DNA of 58,841 nucleotides, filler included, from Sphacelaria rigidula (Eukaryota), in the NCBI GenBank assembly GCA_964200075.2. It is 8 parts of 8 records of this genome, joined end to end, with 100 filler letters (N's around TTAATTAATTAA, not from the genome) between each part and the next. Parts side by side here need not be neighbours in the genome. Positions count along the whole stretch, not along the records: positions 22,106 to 29,373 come from CAXNAA020015698.1; positions 29,474 to 36,740 come from CAXNAA020015699.1; positions 36,841 to 44,107 come from CAXNAA020015700.1; 5 more parts are not named here. One strand, 5' to 3'. Below, piece after piece: positions 23,241 to 36,940 of this stretch. Under the pieces are notes generated by a model. That model was not told the origin of the DNA, did no database searches, and worked only from the letters and a program-made list of their open reading frames with translations. A program made the position numbers and the translations under genes. Within the stretch, counting starts at the first letter, position 1; each line of letters begins with the position of its first letter.

Positions 23241-25639
23241 CTCCATGTGTTGATCGGCCACGACACCAGCGCTTGGGGGGTACGAGTTTCCCAGAATAGA
23301 CATCTCGAGGGGAGTCACAACGATGACGCGGTCGTAGAGTGTCGTCGCCTTCAGGGCGGTGGAGACATGGTGCAGGCAGGGTACCAAGGATCTTCCGTAC
23401 CTGCGTAGATTAGGGACGATTCGAGCGGGAGGTGGGTCGGGGGAGGGAGAGGGGGGCGGGGGGGGGGGCGGCGTGTTTCCTTGTGTAAGGCAGCATGTTC
23501 TCCAGCGATGGAGCGATTATCCCCGGTGCCCAAGCGGCATTTTTTACGTTGCCGGAGGTGATGTGCAAAAGGGTTCGCTCGCAAAATCTACAGCATTCCT
23601 CCCTCTCTGGGAAGTCCTGTTTTCATCTGCTCGCGCTGCGTGCGGGGCGGCGAGAGGTTTTGAGGCGTGCAGTATTCAGCTCTTGAACAAGCGGGTTCAC
23701 AGGGTGTGATCAACGATGGAAACGAATTTCAGGGACGGGAGGGGGGAAGGCATGCTCATTTATTGCTTGCGTTAGTCGTCTGACCATTGGGGTGGGGGGA
23801 GCCGAAAGATGGTGTGCTATTGCAGCGGGCATCAGTTGAAACACATTGCAAACAGAACAGCAGCACTCGATGTTGGCCATCAGTAGTACGTGAGCTTGAT
23901 GCCGTCACCCCCCTCCCGACCAAGTATTCGTGGGTTGAGGAATGGAGACGAAAAAAACGCATGCATAAAATACGGCTAGAAAATGCACGCAGTGGTGGGT
24001 TTACTGCATGGCAGTGACTGCGGGAAATGGCCCCTCGCTAAGTGATGTAATATTCGGGGAAACGTCTAGCAGTCACTGCATGCTAGTGCACAAGTGGGGG
24101 GGGGGGGGGGGGGGGGGAACGAAGTTGGGGGGGGGGGCGCGGAAAAAACACCAAANNNNNNNNNNAACGGCCCCCTCGGCGGTGGGGAAGTGTTGGGGGA
24201 ACTGGTGAGGGGTCAGGGCGGGCGAGGCCAAGGGGGGGGGGGGGGGGGGGGCAGGAACGCAATCTGTGAGACGTAGGCCGACAAAAATCCGCAAACCATG
24301 CACACAAAGGCTTCGCAAGAATCGCGTCATTCCCACAGCGTTTCTCATGACCAGAGCATGGCGTCACAAGGCTCTCGCGTAGTTGTGGGCGAACGTGTGT
24401 GGGGTGTGTAAGAGCAAGCTTCCACAAATAAGGAAATTCAACACCCACCTCATTTCACAGTTCTGGTATACCAAACCCGAGCATGGCTGCCGCACACAAT
24501 TTACTTTTGCACAAGAAGTGCTAGCTGTGAGAGAATGATCCGTACAACATGCGTGATGTAGAAACAACAACCCACCTTTCCACGTTCCACGGTGCGAGTA
24601 CTTCATTTCCCACCGCCAGGTAAATCTTCTTGTACACAGGGCACTTCCGGAGCGCGTGCACGATCGGCGCTAGCTTGTCTTCGATCCAAGCGATCCAGTC
24701 ATGCACAGTCAGCATTTCCTCGTTGTTCACATGCACCATGACCTGAAGTCGTTAGTCGTCCAGGGAGTAACACAGTGATTGATTGATTTCTTGATTGTCG
24801 CACATTAACTGAGTCCCCGAGGGATTCGGGGGAGGTGACGAGATAGACGTGCTGTGCTTAAGGAAGTATGTAAACAACAGAGAAAACACTCGCTGAAGGG
24901 AACTCGAGACAGGGGGGTGGCAAAAAAGGGAAGATACGACGAGCACCATAAATTAATAAACGAGGTAAATGACAAACCGAAATCCCGCGGTAAACTGGGG
25001 GGGGGGGGGGGGGGGGAGAAAACGGGTGGGGGGGGGAAAGAGGAGGAGGGAGAAAAAAAAAAGAATATATTTTTTNNNNNNNNNNGGAAGGCATATCGAG
25101 CCTATGAGGGAATTAGGACAAGTGGCCAGTAAAAAAAGGTATACCTTGTGATTTTTAGCCACCTATGGGCATAAGGATCAGCGACAAATGACAATCCCCG
25201 TCGTGGACGACCCAGCTGAAATGATTTGTTCTCTTTTAGTGCAGTATATCGATGTCGGCACAATGGCAACCCCCCGTACCATCTTATTGGTCAATGGTCA
25301 AACGACTTAGGGAAGCAACAAATGAGTACGCCCCCCCCCCCGTACCATCTTACCCCCGGCGGCGGGTCGAGCAGCAAGCTTCGGCTGCTTATGTACGCGG
25401 CATTTGCATGTAGTGGTACTCATGGCTGGAGTTCGGTTCACCGGGGTTCGGCTACGTATTATCCATGGTTGACACATTTTTACAATCATCGTCAACCCTA
25501 ACCCTTACCCTAAACCAGGGCACACCGAGAACCCTCGGGCAAGGGAGGTGCATAGGGCTCCCTAGGCAAAGTGTGGCGTTGGTAGACCTTACATCGACGC
25601 CACAGGCGCCGATTTGGACGAAAGCGCGTTCTGCGCACG
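23241..25639 (-). CDS. Glycoside hydrolase family 17 (beta-1,3-glucanase/laminarinase-like), partial, spliced
   Basis: Exons 24742-24576 (VMVHVNNEEM..WI..IYLAVGNEVL, with the GH17 acid/base GNE motif) and 23400-23241 (RYGRSLVPCLHHVSTALK..VIVVTPLEMSILGNSYPPSAG) join in phase. Probable upstream exon 25639-25593 (..IGACGVD). Confidence 0.88.
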
Positions 25640-26192
25640 CTAGGAGCACACGGAACTGTCAAGGCTCACTCCAGATCCGACTCTAGTTGTTCACACTCAA
25701 ATCGAGTAATTCGACGTTGTAGCCCAACCCCGGTTAACTCCACTGCATCGCTGTGCCTCTTCCTTCCTACTGTTGCTATGCCTCTTGGTGGCCATAAAGT
25801 CACAATGGTGGAATGCGGGTTTATTCGTTGCGTTTCGTTCGGTTCGTCCTATGGTGGTGCGCGGCGGCGACGGATGCTTCAAGGAACGGGCGCCGTTTGA
25901 ACCTTCGAGCACTTCGAGCACCCGGTGCGTTCATCTGATGATGGACCACCGCCGCGACTCGGAGGTCGTCTAACCGTGACGCCGATCGTCAGTTCGAGCG
26001 TGAGGATGCGGGTTCGGATTACGGTATATGCGGTCTTGTCTGAAAATAATCTGATTCCCGCCGTTGAAGATCGCGAGATTGCGAGTGACAGAGAATATTT
26101 GACGAGAGTGGACGGGTTACGGTAATGCAGATCCCATCTTCGACGACGAAAAATGTCTGGCAGGTACATTACCGGGGGGTAGATGTTGCCGC

Positions 26193-26621
26193 GCCCCGGT
26201 GGTGTTATAGTCCGACTGTCGCCATTAGGGTGGAGAGAACGAGGGTTCGATCCCCGATACGTTGGTGTTTTCTTTGTAGTATGTGATTTCCACCGTGGAA
26301 AGCGTGAGAACGTGAGTAAACAAAGTAGTCAACTGAGTTTGTGTGACGTGAGTTGACGCGGTGCGGGAGTGCTGATCCAATCCGCGAGACTAAAATGTAA
26401 GGCGCGTGCTGGGGGAGAGATGGGTTGATCCCTTGAGACCACGGGCTCATCCTGAGGAAGGGGTGGGGTTCAAAGTGCGAAAAAAAACAAAATGGGTTGA
26501 TCGATCCCTTGGGACAACTAGGGTTGATCCCTTGAGACCACGGACTCATCCCGAGGAAGCGGAGGGGTTCAAAGTGCGAAAAAAAACAAAATGGGTTGAG
26601 CGATCCTTTGGGACAACTAGG
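26193..26621 (+). mobile_element. Probable second tRNA-derived SINE family with internal tandem duplication (~99 bp x2, 26422-26621)
   Basis: The head gccccggtggtgttatagt...gagGGTTCGATCCC has a B box. The segment tccaatccgcga...gagaccacggg resembles the reverse complement of 57850-57940. Confidence 0.55.
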
Positions 26622-28401
26622 GACTCGTGCTGAGGAAGGGGAAGGGTGATGGTGAAAAGACAAGAAAAAGAAGAAGCGATATGAGTCATAGCTGACCACA
26701 TCAAGGCGATCGAGGCCTCCAGGCGTCAGGAAGATGGCGCAAAACATTGTGACGTGTGCTCATATCGGACAAAATGTAATGTCATCCTTGCATTTTATCC
26801 AAGAGCTTGATTAAAATTACTTGTGTGTACTTCAGATAACGTGTCCGAAGCAGCGAAGACTATTTTCATGTTCAATATCCATAGTGTTTGGACGGGCCGG
26901 CCATACTGTATCGCCGATGGACACCAGCAGGTACGGCAGTGGATGAAACCATGAACAAAAGTGACCAGAATCCAAGCATTCGTCAGGAGAAGGTGATACC
27001 CCATGACAATGCAAATGAATGAGCATATCTGACTGTTCCGTGCAACGTTTGGGTATATGCCACCCCCAGTGTTTCGCCAAAACACCCAGCGCTGCGGAAA
27101 GCACGATCCCGCTTGTTCTCTCGTGCTTCATTGCATCAGTAGCTGCGTTTCTCGAACAGGAAAAAAATCGCGCCCACCGTAACAATCTCCTTTCTGCAGA
27201 CTTAGCGTTCAAAGTTTGACGCCTTATCTACAGCGCGATCTGCAAATATTTCGAGTCTCTACCTAGTTTGACGGCCTCCCTTCGTGCAAGGCGGCATTTT
27301 TGAAGCCCTGTAAGGAGTTTGTAGCGGGGTTCTTCGGGGTGCGACACTGGTTTCTGGCCTGGTATGCATCTCAGGTTTCTCTATTTCTGTTTCCATTATT
27401 TTACCCTCCTGTACTTTTTCTCGAGTGTTCTTCGGCGAGCGTTCCGATTTATCTACCTCGGGTACGTTCATGTTGTGACGACGGCGCCATTCAAAGCGGA
27501 CCTATTGCATAATTTTTGTGCTCCAATCAGTGAGGATGTTTTGTTGTAGAACAGAAGCAACACTGCTGGTTTGTTTTCGGCGACAACACAGACAGCACAG
27601 CGCCCAAAAAACGAAAATCAAGCGAAACACCACGCTTTCTCGCGCCGTGAAAAGAAGGAGAAATGCTCCCTGTACCCGAACGTAGTCAAAATCAAAAAGG
27701 TACAACGTTTTTTTCCGCATCACTGCCGAAAACACGACGAACTGCCGAAAACACGAAGAACTCGTGGTGGTAGGAGACCAAAATATGGAGGTTTTTGGCG
27801 GAGGTGCATTCCAACAAACCATACGCCCATGGATTCTTTATCGATGGATGCACGCAGGACACATGATCGCGTTTCATTTTACATGGCATAAGCCTGATTC
27901 ATATACATGTACAGCACCGGGGGCGGGAGCTTGATACAGCGGCAGCTGAGAAACTCAAAAGGTTTCCCCACCCACTTGTACACATCCCGTCTTACCGTCT
28001 CCACGTCTCTACAACTATACTGTAGCTTCAACAAGAGCTGGTCGGAGGTAGGTTTTCATGATATCCCATGTGCAGTAATTTTGTGCCGAACATCACATTG
28101 CTACGAGCTGGGCCAACTTGATGCATGCGCTGGCGCTTGATCAGCTCTTGCACGGCTTTCGGTGCAGTCAAAAGCTGACATGTCGACACGCGAGTTATAT
28201 CATCAAGACGCAAAGACAGACCGCGGTAGCAAAAAGCAAAACCCAGAAAATTAGCGCCACTTGATAATTCTTCCCAAGAACTAGAATCTAATAACGCAAC
28301 GAATATATAAATACATATATTCGTATATAAGTAGTGACTACCGCGGTCAGTTTTTGCGTATTGAGGTGTAGAACGCACGTGTACAATTCCAGCTCGAAAC
28401 A

Positions 28402-28773
28402 TAGAGCTCGGAAATGGTTTGTCTAACCATTAACCGGTCGAACGGTTACGCGCAGCGCAACTATTAACCAGTAACATGGTACATGATGGTTTGGTCATCG
28501 AGCGGCGCAGCCGCGAGCCAATATGCCCCCCACCGACAGGCAGGGCCTCGCTAGAGGTGCCGTGCCGGAGGCACGTTCGTACGCGATTTGGCTTCACTAC
28601 GGCTAAAATATACCTAAAGTTGGGCCAATTTTCAAGGACTGTATGTAGCATACGTGGCCGGTAACGGTACATAATGGTTTGAAACCATTATCCAAAATTC
28701 CCATAAAATCATTACCATTAGTACCACTATAATGATAATGGCCAGTTATAACTGTTACCATTTCCGAGCTCTA
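28402..28773. mobile_element. Non-autonomous TIR element (hAT-like MITE)
   Basis: Perfect 17-bp TIR TAGAGCTCGGAAATGGT / ACCATTTCCGAGCTCTA with repeated subterminal accatta/taacc motifs. No clear TSD. Confidence 0.75.
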
Positions 28774-29473
28774 TAAAAAAATCTTAAATTGAGCCGTGCA
28801 TTTCTGGTAATGCATGAAGGTGCAGACTAGCCGCCCGTAGGGCAGCACGTCTAGGGCCGAAGCTAGTATGTGTAGGGCGGAGCGTGCACTGCACCAGGTG
28901 AACCGGGGTTTTTAGCGGGTTCAACACCTACACTGTTTTGAGCAAAGTTTCCAAACACTCGGGGCGCCTACCTACCCTGCATGACTGCCGTGAGACGGGC
29001 TAGCCAAGTCTCCGCGTAATCAGCACACGAGCACGCTCGTGGGATGAAAGCGTTGGATGAGGTTTTCTCCTTCCTCCAAGGGGAAAAAAAAACGGGCCGC
29101 AGATCGGGTGCGAATTCCGACAGATGTGTTCTTGTTCACCAGGTCGGTGTAGAAGGAAAATTGTCATAACTCCATAATAGAATTCATCATCAAACTCTTG
29201 TTGTTTGCACCAAGAACTCTGAACTTGAGTGCAGAAAATATTCGTGAAGGTTAGCCTCACAACTCTTAATATTGGGGGGGGGGGGGGGGGGGGACTAAAG
29301 ATACTTACTGAAACAATTGGTCGACGGGTGTGTCACGACCGCCAAAAAAGCGAACGAACCCAACCCTGATGTTNNNNNNNNNNNNNNNNNNNNNNNNNNN
29401 NNNNNNNNNNNNNNNNNTTAATTAATTAANNNNNNNNNNNNNNNNNNNNNNNNNNNNNNNNNNNNNNNNNNNN

Positions 29474-29685
29474 AGGGAGGGAAAGGGACTGCTGAACCCC
29501 TCTCGCGATAAAAAATAAAAGGCAAGCACCGCAGAAGGAAGGTGGGGTATTAAAAACAGATGAAAAAATAAAAAGCTCCTGTGTTGACCTTCCTGTGTGA
29601 CTCCGGCTGATGCGCCCACATATCCCGAAAAGGGCGGACTGGCGCCCAGAATACATGGGACGACAACACACACAACACACACAAA
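29474..29685 (+). mobile_element. SINE family 1, 3' part (contig starts inside it)
   Basis: cccctctcgcgataaaa..caccgcagaaggaaggtgg..ctcctgtgttgacc..gacgacaacacacacaacacac matches the reverse complement of 6651-6870. Confidence 0.8.
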
Positions 29686-29760
29686 CCTAACTACCCGCAA
29701 ATATCATAACAACGTATCGAAGCATGGTTTCAAAATATTTCAACGTTAGATGGTGTCCTG

Positions 29761-30360
29761 CAGGGTGCGGTTTTTTGTATACCCGGGGTATTACCCGGGG
29801 TATTACCCATACCCGACAGTGTTCTGTGAGTTTCGCAAGCTTCCCATACCGGTCTCTGACATTTCTGCGAGTTCTGTGAGCCCCCCATACATACCGATAC
29901 TCGACAGTTACTTGTGAGCAATTTGCCGCACGAAATGTTTGCCTTTACCCGGGGGCACGGGTATACTTTTTTGTGGAAGTACCCGACGGTTGCGGCTGAG
30001 GATTTCTCAACAGTAGTATTAGAGAGTTTCGGAAAATATATATATTTGTCATTTCAGAGTGCAAATATCTCAGGACCAGAGTGCAAGATAAAGAAAAACC
30101 ACCTCATCGAAAAACGTTGAGGGGATACCGCAGTTGACGGAGGGGGAAATAATTTTTAGTCACACCCTGATCCTGAGATATTTGCACTCTGAAATAACAA
30201 AAAAAAAAAAACGTTTTCCGAAACTGTAGTCTCCTTACAGTACACGACAGGTTCTGTGAGTTCTGTAAGACTACCGGTAATCGGCAGTTCTCTAGGTTCT
30301 GTAATATCTCACACTCTTTCTACATATGCCCGTACGAGTACCCCACACAGAACACAACCT
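29761..30360. mobile_element. Motif-rich MITE-like repeat with a nested TIR element (about 30025-30226)
   Basis: The outer element has repeated ttctgtgagtt motifs. The inner element has inverted arms agtttcggaaaa..atttcagagtgcaaatatctcagga / tcctgagatatttgcactctgaaat..ttttccgaaact. Confidence 0.7.
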
Positions 30361-30882
30361 TCATGCATAGTACCTTTTTATAGGTTTTATTGTCGAATAT
30401 GAATAAATTTGCATGATGATTTGGTTTGGATCTCTTCAATTGATTGATTGATTGAAAGATTGTCGCTCTGTCAATATACCTCCAGATACCTACAACAAAC
30501 ATCGAATTGTACAAGTCGTTATGAACGTCTTTTTCTGGGCGGAAAAGCAGGTAGAGTTGAACGTGGACAGGGTGGTGTTCTTTCGTTCTTCCTGTGCTGG
30601 CAGTACTCGGGATGTATCCACACCGCATAATCCTCGACCGCGGGTCTGAAGTAAATGACGCATGTGATGCTGAAAAAGCAAATCCTTCACTACGCCTTTG
30701 CCGTCTGAGACCGTGCTGTACCTTCGCTCTTGTCTCAGTTCCCAAAGACTGTAGAACGGTACCGTAGGGAACTGGTTGTCTCCAAGTGCCAAGGCATTAA
30801 TCAGCACACTCTACGGTACTGCAAAGACGCTGGCGAGTGTTACAATAGTTCAAGACAACATAGAGTGGCGGTTTACCCTAGC

Positions 30883-33800
30883 ATGTCTTCCGATGATGAT
30901 GCTTCAGCTGAGCAACCCACTCCAGGCTGGCTTGGCAATGTGCGCTCCTGGGTCGGTGCGGGAGCTAGGGAACCCGAGCCAGCTGCGGCGCCTCCCGTTA
31001 ACCTGAGCACTGAGGAAATACGGCGTCGAAGACTGGAAAAGATGGAGGGAGCCAGGTCCACGCAGGTCTGTATAGAACGCATCTGTGGGATGTGCGGGGT
31101 ATGGCGAGTTCTTCGTACTATTGTACTGTATAATACTTGTACACTGAGGTTTAAGTTTTGATCGCCAAGGCCATCAGTGCAATCGCAGTTCTTGATTGTG
31201 CAGCCGATGGAGGCGAGAAGCACAGTATTTTCTCTTGCCTGCGCAGCACCAATGCAACTTACAGAAAGACCATGATACCCGAGGTAGGATGGACAAGAAC
31301 TTTCTGGAAAAAACTATTTGACTCGACATCGGCTCCGACCACGGTGAATTCACCCGAAGCGACCCGCGATCATCACCACCAGGAATGCCTCGGTATTCTA
31401 TCATGTAAGGGCAAACGATACATTCAGGTACACATGAACGTTTTTCGGCCACAAACAGATACAAGCTATACCACAATACGAATACCTGGGTTCACGATGG
31501 CGTGACTGGCCGAAATCATTGCAAAGAGTACCTAGTCGTGGTGCTTCCTACATTACGCATGTTTTTTCACCATTACCGTATTTTGTATTGCGCTTGGGCA
31601 TGCCAGAACCCAGGTCCTTTTGGATATGGCTGACACCATGGTGAGTAGCCCAAAATCCGAACAAGGGTCTATATTACACCTCATCACACTTCGCTCTCGC
31701 CGAATCCGTAGGCGTAAAGAGACGCGATCGGAACTAGTCGTCGTTACGGCAGGGCTTTCGCGATAGTCGTGTTTGTGACGAGAATCCTGCGGCGTGGCGT
31801 CGGCGACAACGTAGCTCGCGTTCTGTGAAGAGAAATCTGGACGCTCTCACCTTTTTGTGTACACATTGATAAGAACCCGCTACGCTAGTCGGAGGGCGAC
31901 CTACAATCTAAAAACCTTGGCTACGCCTTTGTTCACTGATATTCCGTCGCTGATGTGAACCCGTCCTCGACGGTGTGTTTGTACTCCCATCATGTGCTGC
32001 TTGATATCGGAATGCCCAAATTCTGACAGAAGTTCAAAGGAGGATGTCGAACAAACCGGTGCGTGTAGTACATGCTGGATATAGACCGTACTGTACAAAG
32101 TAGCATTCAGTAACTCCGGTGTTCCGTGGGGCGTAGAGCGGAGACGGTTTGTTACAAAAAGCCACGCGTGCCATCTTTCTCTGAGATCTAGCAAAGGCTG
32201 CGGTCATGCTCTCAGTGACATGGACACGGGCGGCACAAAACACTGCGCTACGTACTGGGTATTACAGTCCTTGTGTTGCGTACGAGCTGGTTCCACCAGT
32301 AAACACAGTGCTTCGCTGCAACCCTCTCTAATAGCTGCAACAAGGACCCTAGCCATCGACATCCATTACTGCTGAAACCAAGATGAACCCAGCATTGTGA
32401 CCCGAAATGGACGGCAACGTACTGCTCCGTGCGGAACCCAGACACTTACGCGTTCGGTTCGAAATACAGGCGTTTTGCTTCGGTTTACTGCTGAATTGTT
32501 CTTCTTCACATTTTGGAAAATTTGCAGCTACGATGTGCCAGGCATACACGTTCACATCCGTCCTGAATCATCACAAACAACATGGTGTTGATCCTGTTTT
32601 TTGGTATATCTCACACCCCGAGTAAATCAGCACCTGGCGCTTTGGGCGAAAGTGCGTATGCCCGAAATTATTCCTATTTTTTTTCCTGTATGAACTGGGC
32701 CAGCTGACAGTGATTTTTTAACGAGGAGTGGAGACTCCACCACATTGGTAATTAGAGGAGTTAGGCGCTGAAATTTTGACACGGATATTTTTATCATCAG
32801 CCCGCGCAACCCTATTGGGGGTGTAGAGGGGTAAAAAACCAGGAAGTTAGAGCGAGTTGAAGTTTGAGCAAAAACATGAAAAATGCTATAACTTCCTTGA
32901 AAAATGATGAAAACGACGACAACGCTCCGACACATACGGGCATTCGCGGCAACGACATTCTGGTAAAGTTTCGGCCAATAATCCCTCAAATTGGGCGCGG
33001 TGTCGCACTTTTCGTGTGACACGGCCGCGCCCATTTATTTCAAGTGGTTTTGTACAGGAGACTCCAATTGTGGAGGTCATGAGTTTGAATCCCGACATAT
33101 TCTTTTTTTTCCATCGTTAAGCTCATATATTATGCAGTACATTTTATTTCATTTTTTTCTTCATTCAGCAGCGGTGCCGTGTGTGACCAGGTTGGTCTGC
33201 ACTTCACAGCGATATGCTCAAGTCGCGCTGATTTGAAAACTTTGAGAAGTTTTGGTGTGGAGAGCGAGTGCGGGATTTACTGCTGGCCCAGCTCGTAGCT
33301 TTTCTCCTTTTTCTTGCAGCGGGTCAGCGTTTGAATCTCGGCCTAACTTTTTACATGCATATGTCTGCATTTATGATATGCCTGTACATATGCGGTGTAG
33401 ATATTCTTTATTTTCTTCGCTGTTGACCTGATTGAGCGTTCGGGTCATGACCCGGATTTTCAGACGCATGTCCAGACGGGCGATGAAACAAATAGGTCAA
33501 GTCGTCGATTTCATCGGTCGGATGATGGCAAAACCGGTGATCCCCCGCGCACTCGTCAGTGTATGTCAAATCACTTGGAAATTCAATATATGATGAATAT
33601 ATTGGGTGATTCTCTATAACTTGTCCTACTATCCATCGGGACATACGTTTCAAATTCGGGTCGAACTCGAGAGGCTAATCCCGGGCACTTTGTGGCACAT
33701 GGTCGCTCCTTTCCTTCCCAGCTTGCAGTGGCTTTTGCCGTAGCGTCGGCGCTTGCAATTTTTCTCCAGCAACCTATATTTGGCCGTTTGCGGAAAATCA

Positions 33801-34522
33801 AGCCTGCTAATTGTAAACCTGCCCCTGGTTTTATGGTACGCCGATCCAGTAAACAGCGAATGAATACAAACATGAAGCAGGCAGCGCCCCTCTCATGATT
33901 CTCACTATTTCTCGTCCGTTACACACCCGACACGCGACATGCCCGTGACATTTGTTGGTTAGCCGCATCATCGCCTCTAGTACACACCTCTACTGCAGTA
34001 GTAGTACTACTTGTATATTCCTGGAACATCTCCGCGCCACCGAACCCCGCTCCCTCACTCCGCTTCTTGCCCGCCCCTCCCTGCCCGCTGCCCACACACG
34101 CATAGCCTCAGCGACCACAGCGCCGAGAAGAGCCCTCAAATACCAGCCCAACTTTGATGGGCGCAGCACCAAATGCGGAGTCAGAGGCGATCTCGGAACC
34201 ATCCACATCACGACGACCACCGCCGCCTGCGTCAAACACAGCCCGAGGTTCTGCCTCTCCCCCCTCCGCCGCTGCCACTACCGCTACCGCAGACGGGTCC
34301 GCGAGCGGGGAAAGTGATGCTGCGCCGAGGGCTGTCCTCACCGCATCCCCCATGTTGGGCATGCCTGGTATCAAGTCTACGGCGGACTCGACGAGCAAGG
34401 CGATCAAGTCGGGAGGATCGGTCGTTGTTGGGAAGGGCAAGGAACCGGCGGCAGGGGTCTCCGCTGGCGGGAAGATGACTCCGGCGCGGCGGGTGCACAA
34501 TGCGCTTCGGGCGGTGTTGAAG
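30883..34522 (+). CDS. Probable ubiquitin conjugation factor E4 (Ufd2/UBE4-like) N-terminal exons
   Basis: Exon 30883-31065 (MSSDDD...LSTEEIRRRRLEKM, like the UBE4B N-terminal LSADEIRRRRL) splices in phase 0 to exon 34106-34522 (low complexity, ending ARRVHNALRAVLK, GC donor). The U-box and core domain are not in the contig. Confidence 0.6.
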
Positions 34523-36216
34523 GCGAGTGATTCTTATTGCTGGTCGAAGTTGTTCACAGGAAAAGAAAAAAAAGCATTTGACCAAGCCTTTGCCCCGCCC
34601 ACGTTTCGTGGGCATAGAGTAATTTTTGCACAGATATTGGTACCCATCGTGCGAGCAGTCACCCTGTCTCATCGTTTTGATTTTGTCCTCTAGGCCCGAG
34701 TTGATCTGTGGTTCAGCAAGTTTCGTGCTCTTCGTTGTTTTCCACATCTCTGGGCTTGCATCACTTGGCCCCAGGAGACGAGATCGAAGAGTTGACGCAG
34801 CTTGCGTGTTCGTGCTATGGGTGCGACCACGTGTGTGAAAGTCGCAGCTCATGACTCCAACAACTAGCGTGGTTTGAACGATCCAAAGACGTAATTTTCA
34901 GAACCAATTCGGTGTATATCTAAATGCGACGCTTCAAAACGTTGAAAGTGGATTTTCTTTTGATGCAGAAAAGGCGTGATGACGGGAACGAAGCTTGATG
35001 ATGACTGTCGTCGTCCAAAGCACGTATCTGTCAGCTCTAAGGTTCTATTCCGTGTTGTACTTCGTGAACCCGAATATGAAGTTGTCTCGACACCAACAAA
35101 GTGGGTAATCGCAGAGGGCAACTGTATAGGGTGGTGACGCAGTCGCAGCATAGACACGGATGCCGCTGTGTACCGTTTTATCAACACACGAGTAGCTTCA
35201 TGTCGTGCGCGCGCCCAACCGTGGTGGGCGCAAACGCTTTAGTACTCGGGATGTGGTGGATGTTCACAGCGGCACGGAGGGGAGGGAGGGGGTCTGCATG
35301 TGATAGATGTTACGAGATTGGAACATGACCTTAGTGTACAAAAACATACGGCAGAGCTGCATTCGGGATAATTTCCCACCATCTCTTCTTACCGATTGGA
35401 ACAGCAGCCCTCACCCCAAATCCGACCACGGTTTTGTGCTTGTTTTGTTTTCAGCGTCAAGCGAGAGTGTCGAATGCCATGTTTTCTCCCCTGTGGCCAC
35501 AAGAGAAGTTGTGGGGAAGTGTTTCCTGCTTCGTGCTGGGACTAGCTGATACAAGGCTTATTCGAGTTCGGAGGAGTGCCGCCCACAAACCTGAAGTCAA
35601 AACATGATCATATTTGACGTCGAGAAGTCGATGTTTGCGTTGTCAGATATCAGTTGCACTTCGTTGACAAAAATGTTGTTCTGGTTCCGAGATGACCAAG
35701 AAATCACACCTGGTTCAACTGCTCGTTTTGAGGTTTCACGCAGAGGGGCACCAGATCATGTGTTGATTTGAAAAGCGAATAGTTAAAAATGGCTTTGTAC
35801 GCTTGTGCGCCTGAGTAGTGCCGTCCAAAGAGCAAGCCGGGGTGTGCATCGTCGAGATGATGCGTCAAATAAAAGTCAGAGCGAGAAAGCGGTGCGGCTT
35901 AAGTGACATTTGTTCACCCGGTTTTCACTCTCATTAGGCTCTGTCTTAGCGGGCGTGTGGGGAACCACCTCCGCATGCTGCACCGACTTTTTCGGTGTTG
36001 TAATGCGCAAGGCATGTCGAGACTAAACGCCAAAATATATATGCTCACCGAAAAAACACCCGCCAAAGTTTTTAAAATGTTGTGCTTGTAGGTATCGGTG
36101 TGCTTTGTTTGTTTACTCATCTGCCAACTCGTCATAACTTCACCCCTCTGCCCTGCCTCGGGATGAGTCCATCCTACACGCCCCCCCCCCCCATGTGATC
36201 GGATGAGAATGAGTGC

Positions 36217-36718
36217 GCCCCCATGTGGTTGGCGTCGGTTGGCAACGACCCTGTAAAACATGCCACTCACTCCGTAAGCTAGGCAACCCGGTTATCGTTT
36301 TCTTTGCTCTCGCGTGTTTTCTGCGGTGACCATGATGGTGGTCGAGCTAATCATAATGTGCGGGCTGGGAGAACCTCAATTCTACGCAAAGAGGATGATC
36401 ACGCTACGTGGTGTGTCAATGATGAGACACCCATGAGGCAGTGTGCATATGCCTGTCTCTGGAAGTGGCGGTACCAGAAAATAAAACATCTCATTGGAGA
36501 CTGTCAGCCATATGCGAGATAGTCAAAACGCCTCGGGCCGAACATTCTTAGCGGGATGAAGCTCACCCTTCATGCAACTCGCCGAGCACATCACGGCGCT
36601 TCGCGCTCGGTGACTGATTGTGAGCCTGGTCCGGCGAAAACCCGGCGGGCTCCGTCCCGACTTTGTAGGGATGCGAGGTCAAAGGTCATATGACTACGGC
36701 ATGCAAGATCATGAGTAC
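36217..36718 (+). repeat. Dispersed repeat family A, long copy
   Basis: About 500 bp aligning with 57331-57841 and ending gatcatgagtac followed by a C-run. Confidence 0.88.
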
Positions 36719-36940
36719 CCCCCCCCCCTCCCCCCCTCCTNNNNNNNNNNNNNNNNNNNNNNNNNNNNNNNNNNNNNNNNNNNNTTAATTAATTAANNNN
36801 NNNNNNNNNNNNNNNNNNNNNNNNNNNNNNNNNNNNNNNNAAAACCCCCCCCCCCCCCCCCCTATCGTAGGATGACTCGTGAGGTAAAAGAAATGAAACA
36901 GGAAGTTAGCCTCCAAGTTCCAAGTAGACGATATTGAACA

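Noticed and set aside
25493..25516. Telomere-like aaccctaacccttaccctaaacc
   Set aside because: Only 3-4 degenerate units at an internal position.
26422..26621. CRISPR-like repeat array
   Set aside because: Only two contiguous ~99-bp units with no unique spacers, no cas genes, and a eukaryotic context.
33025..33100. tRNA-like remnant (gagtttgaatccc)
   Set aside because: Degenerate B box and no cloverleaf; probably a decayed repeat.
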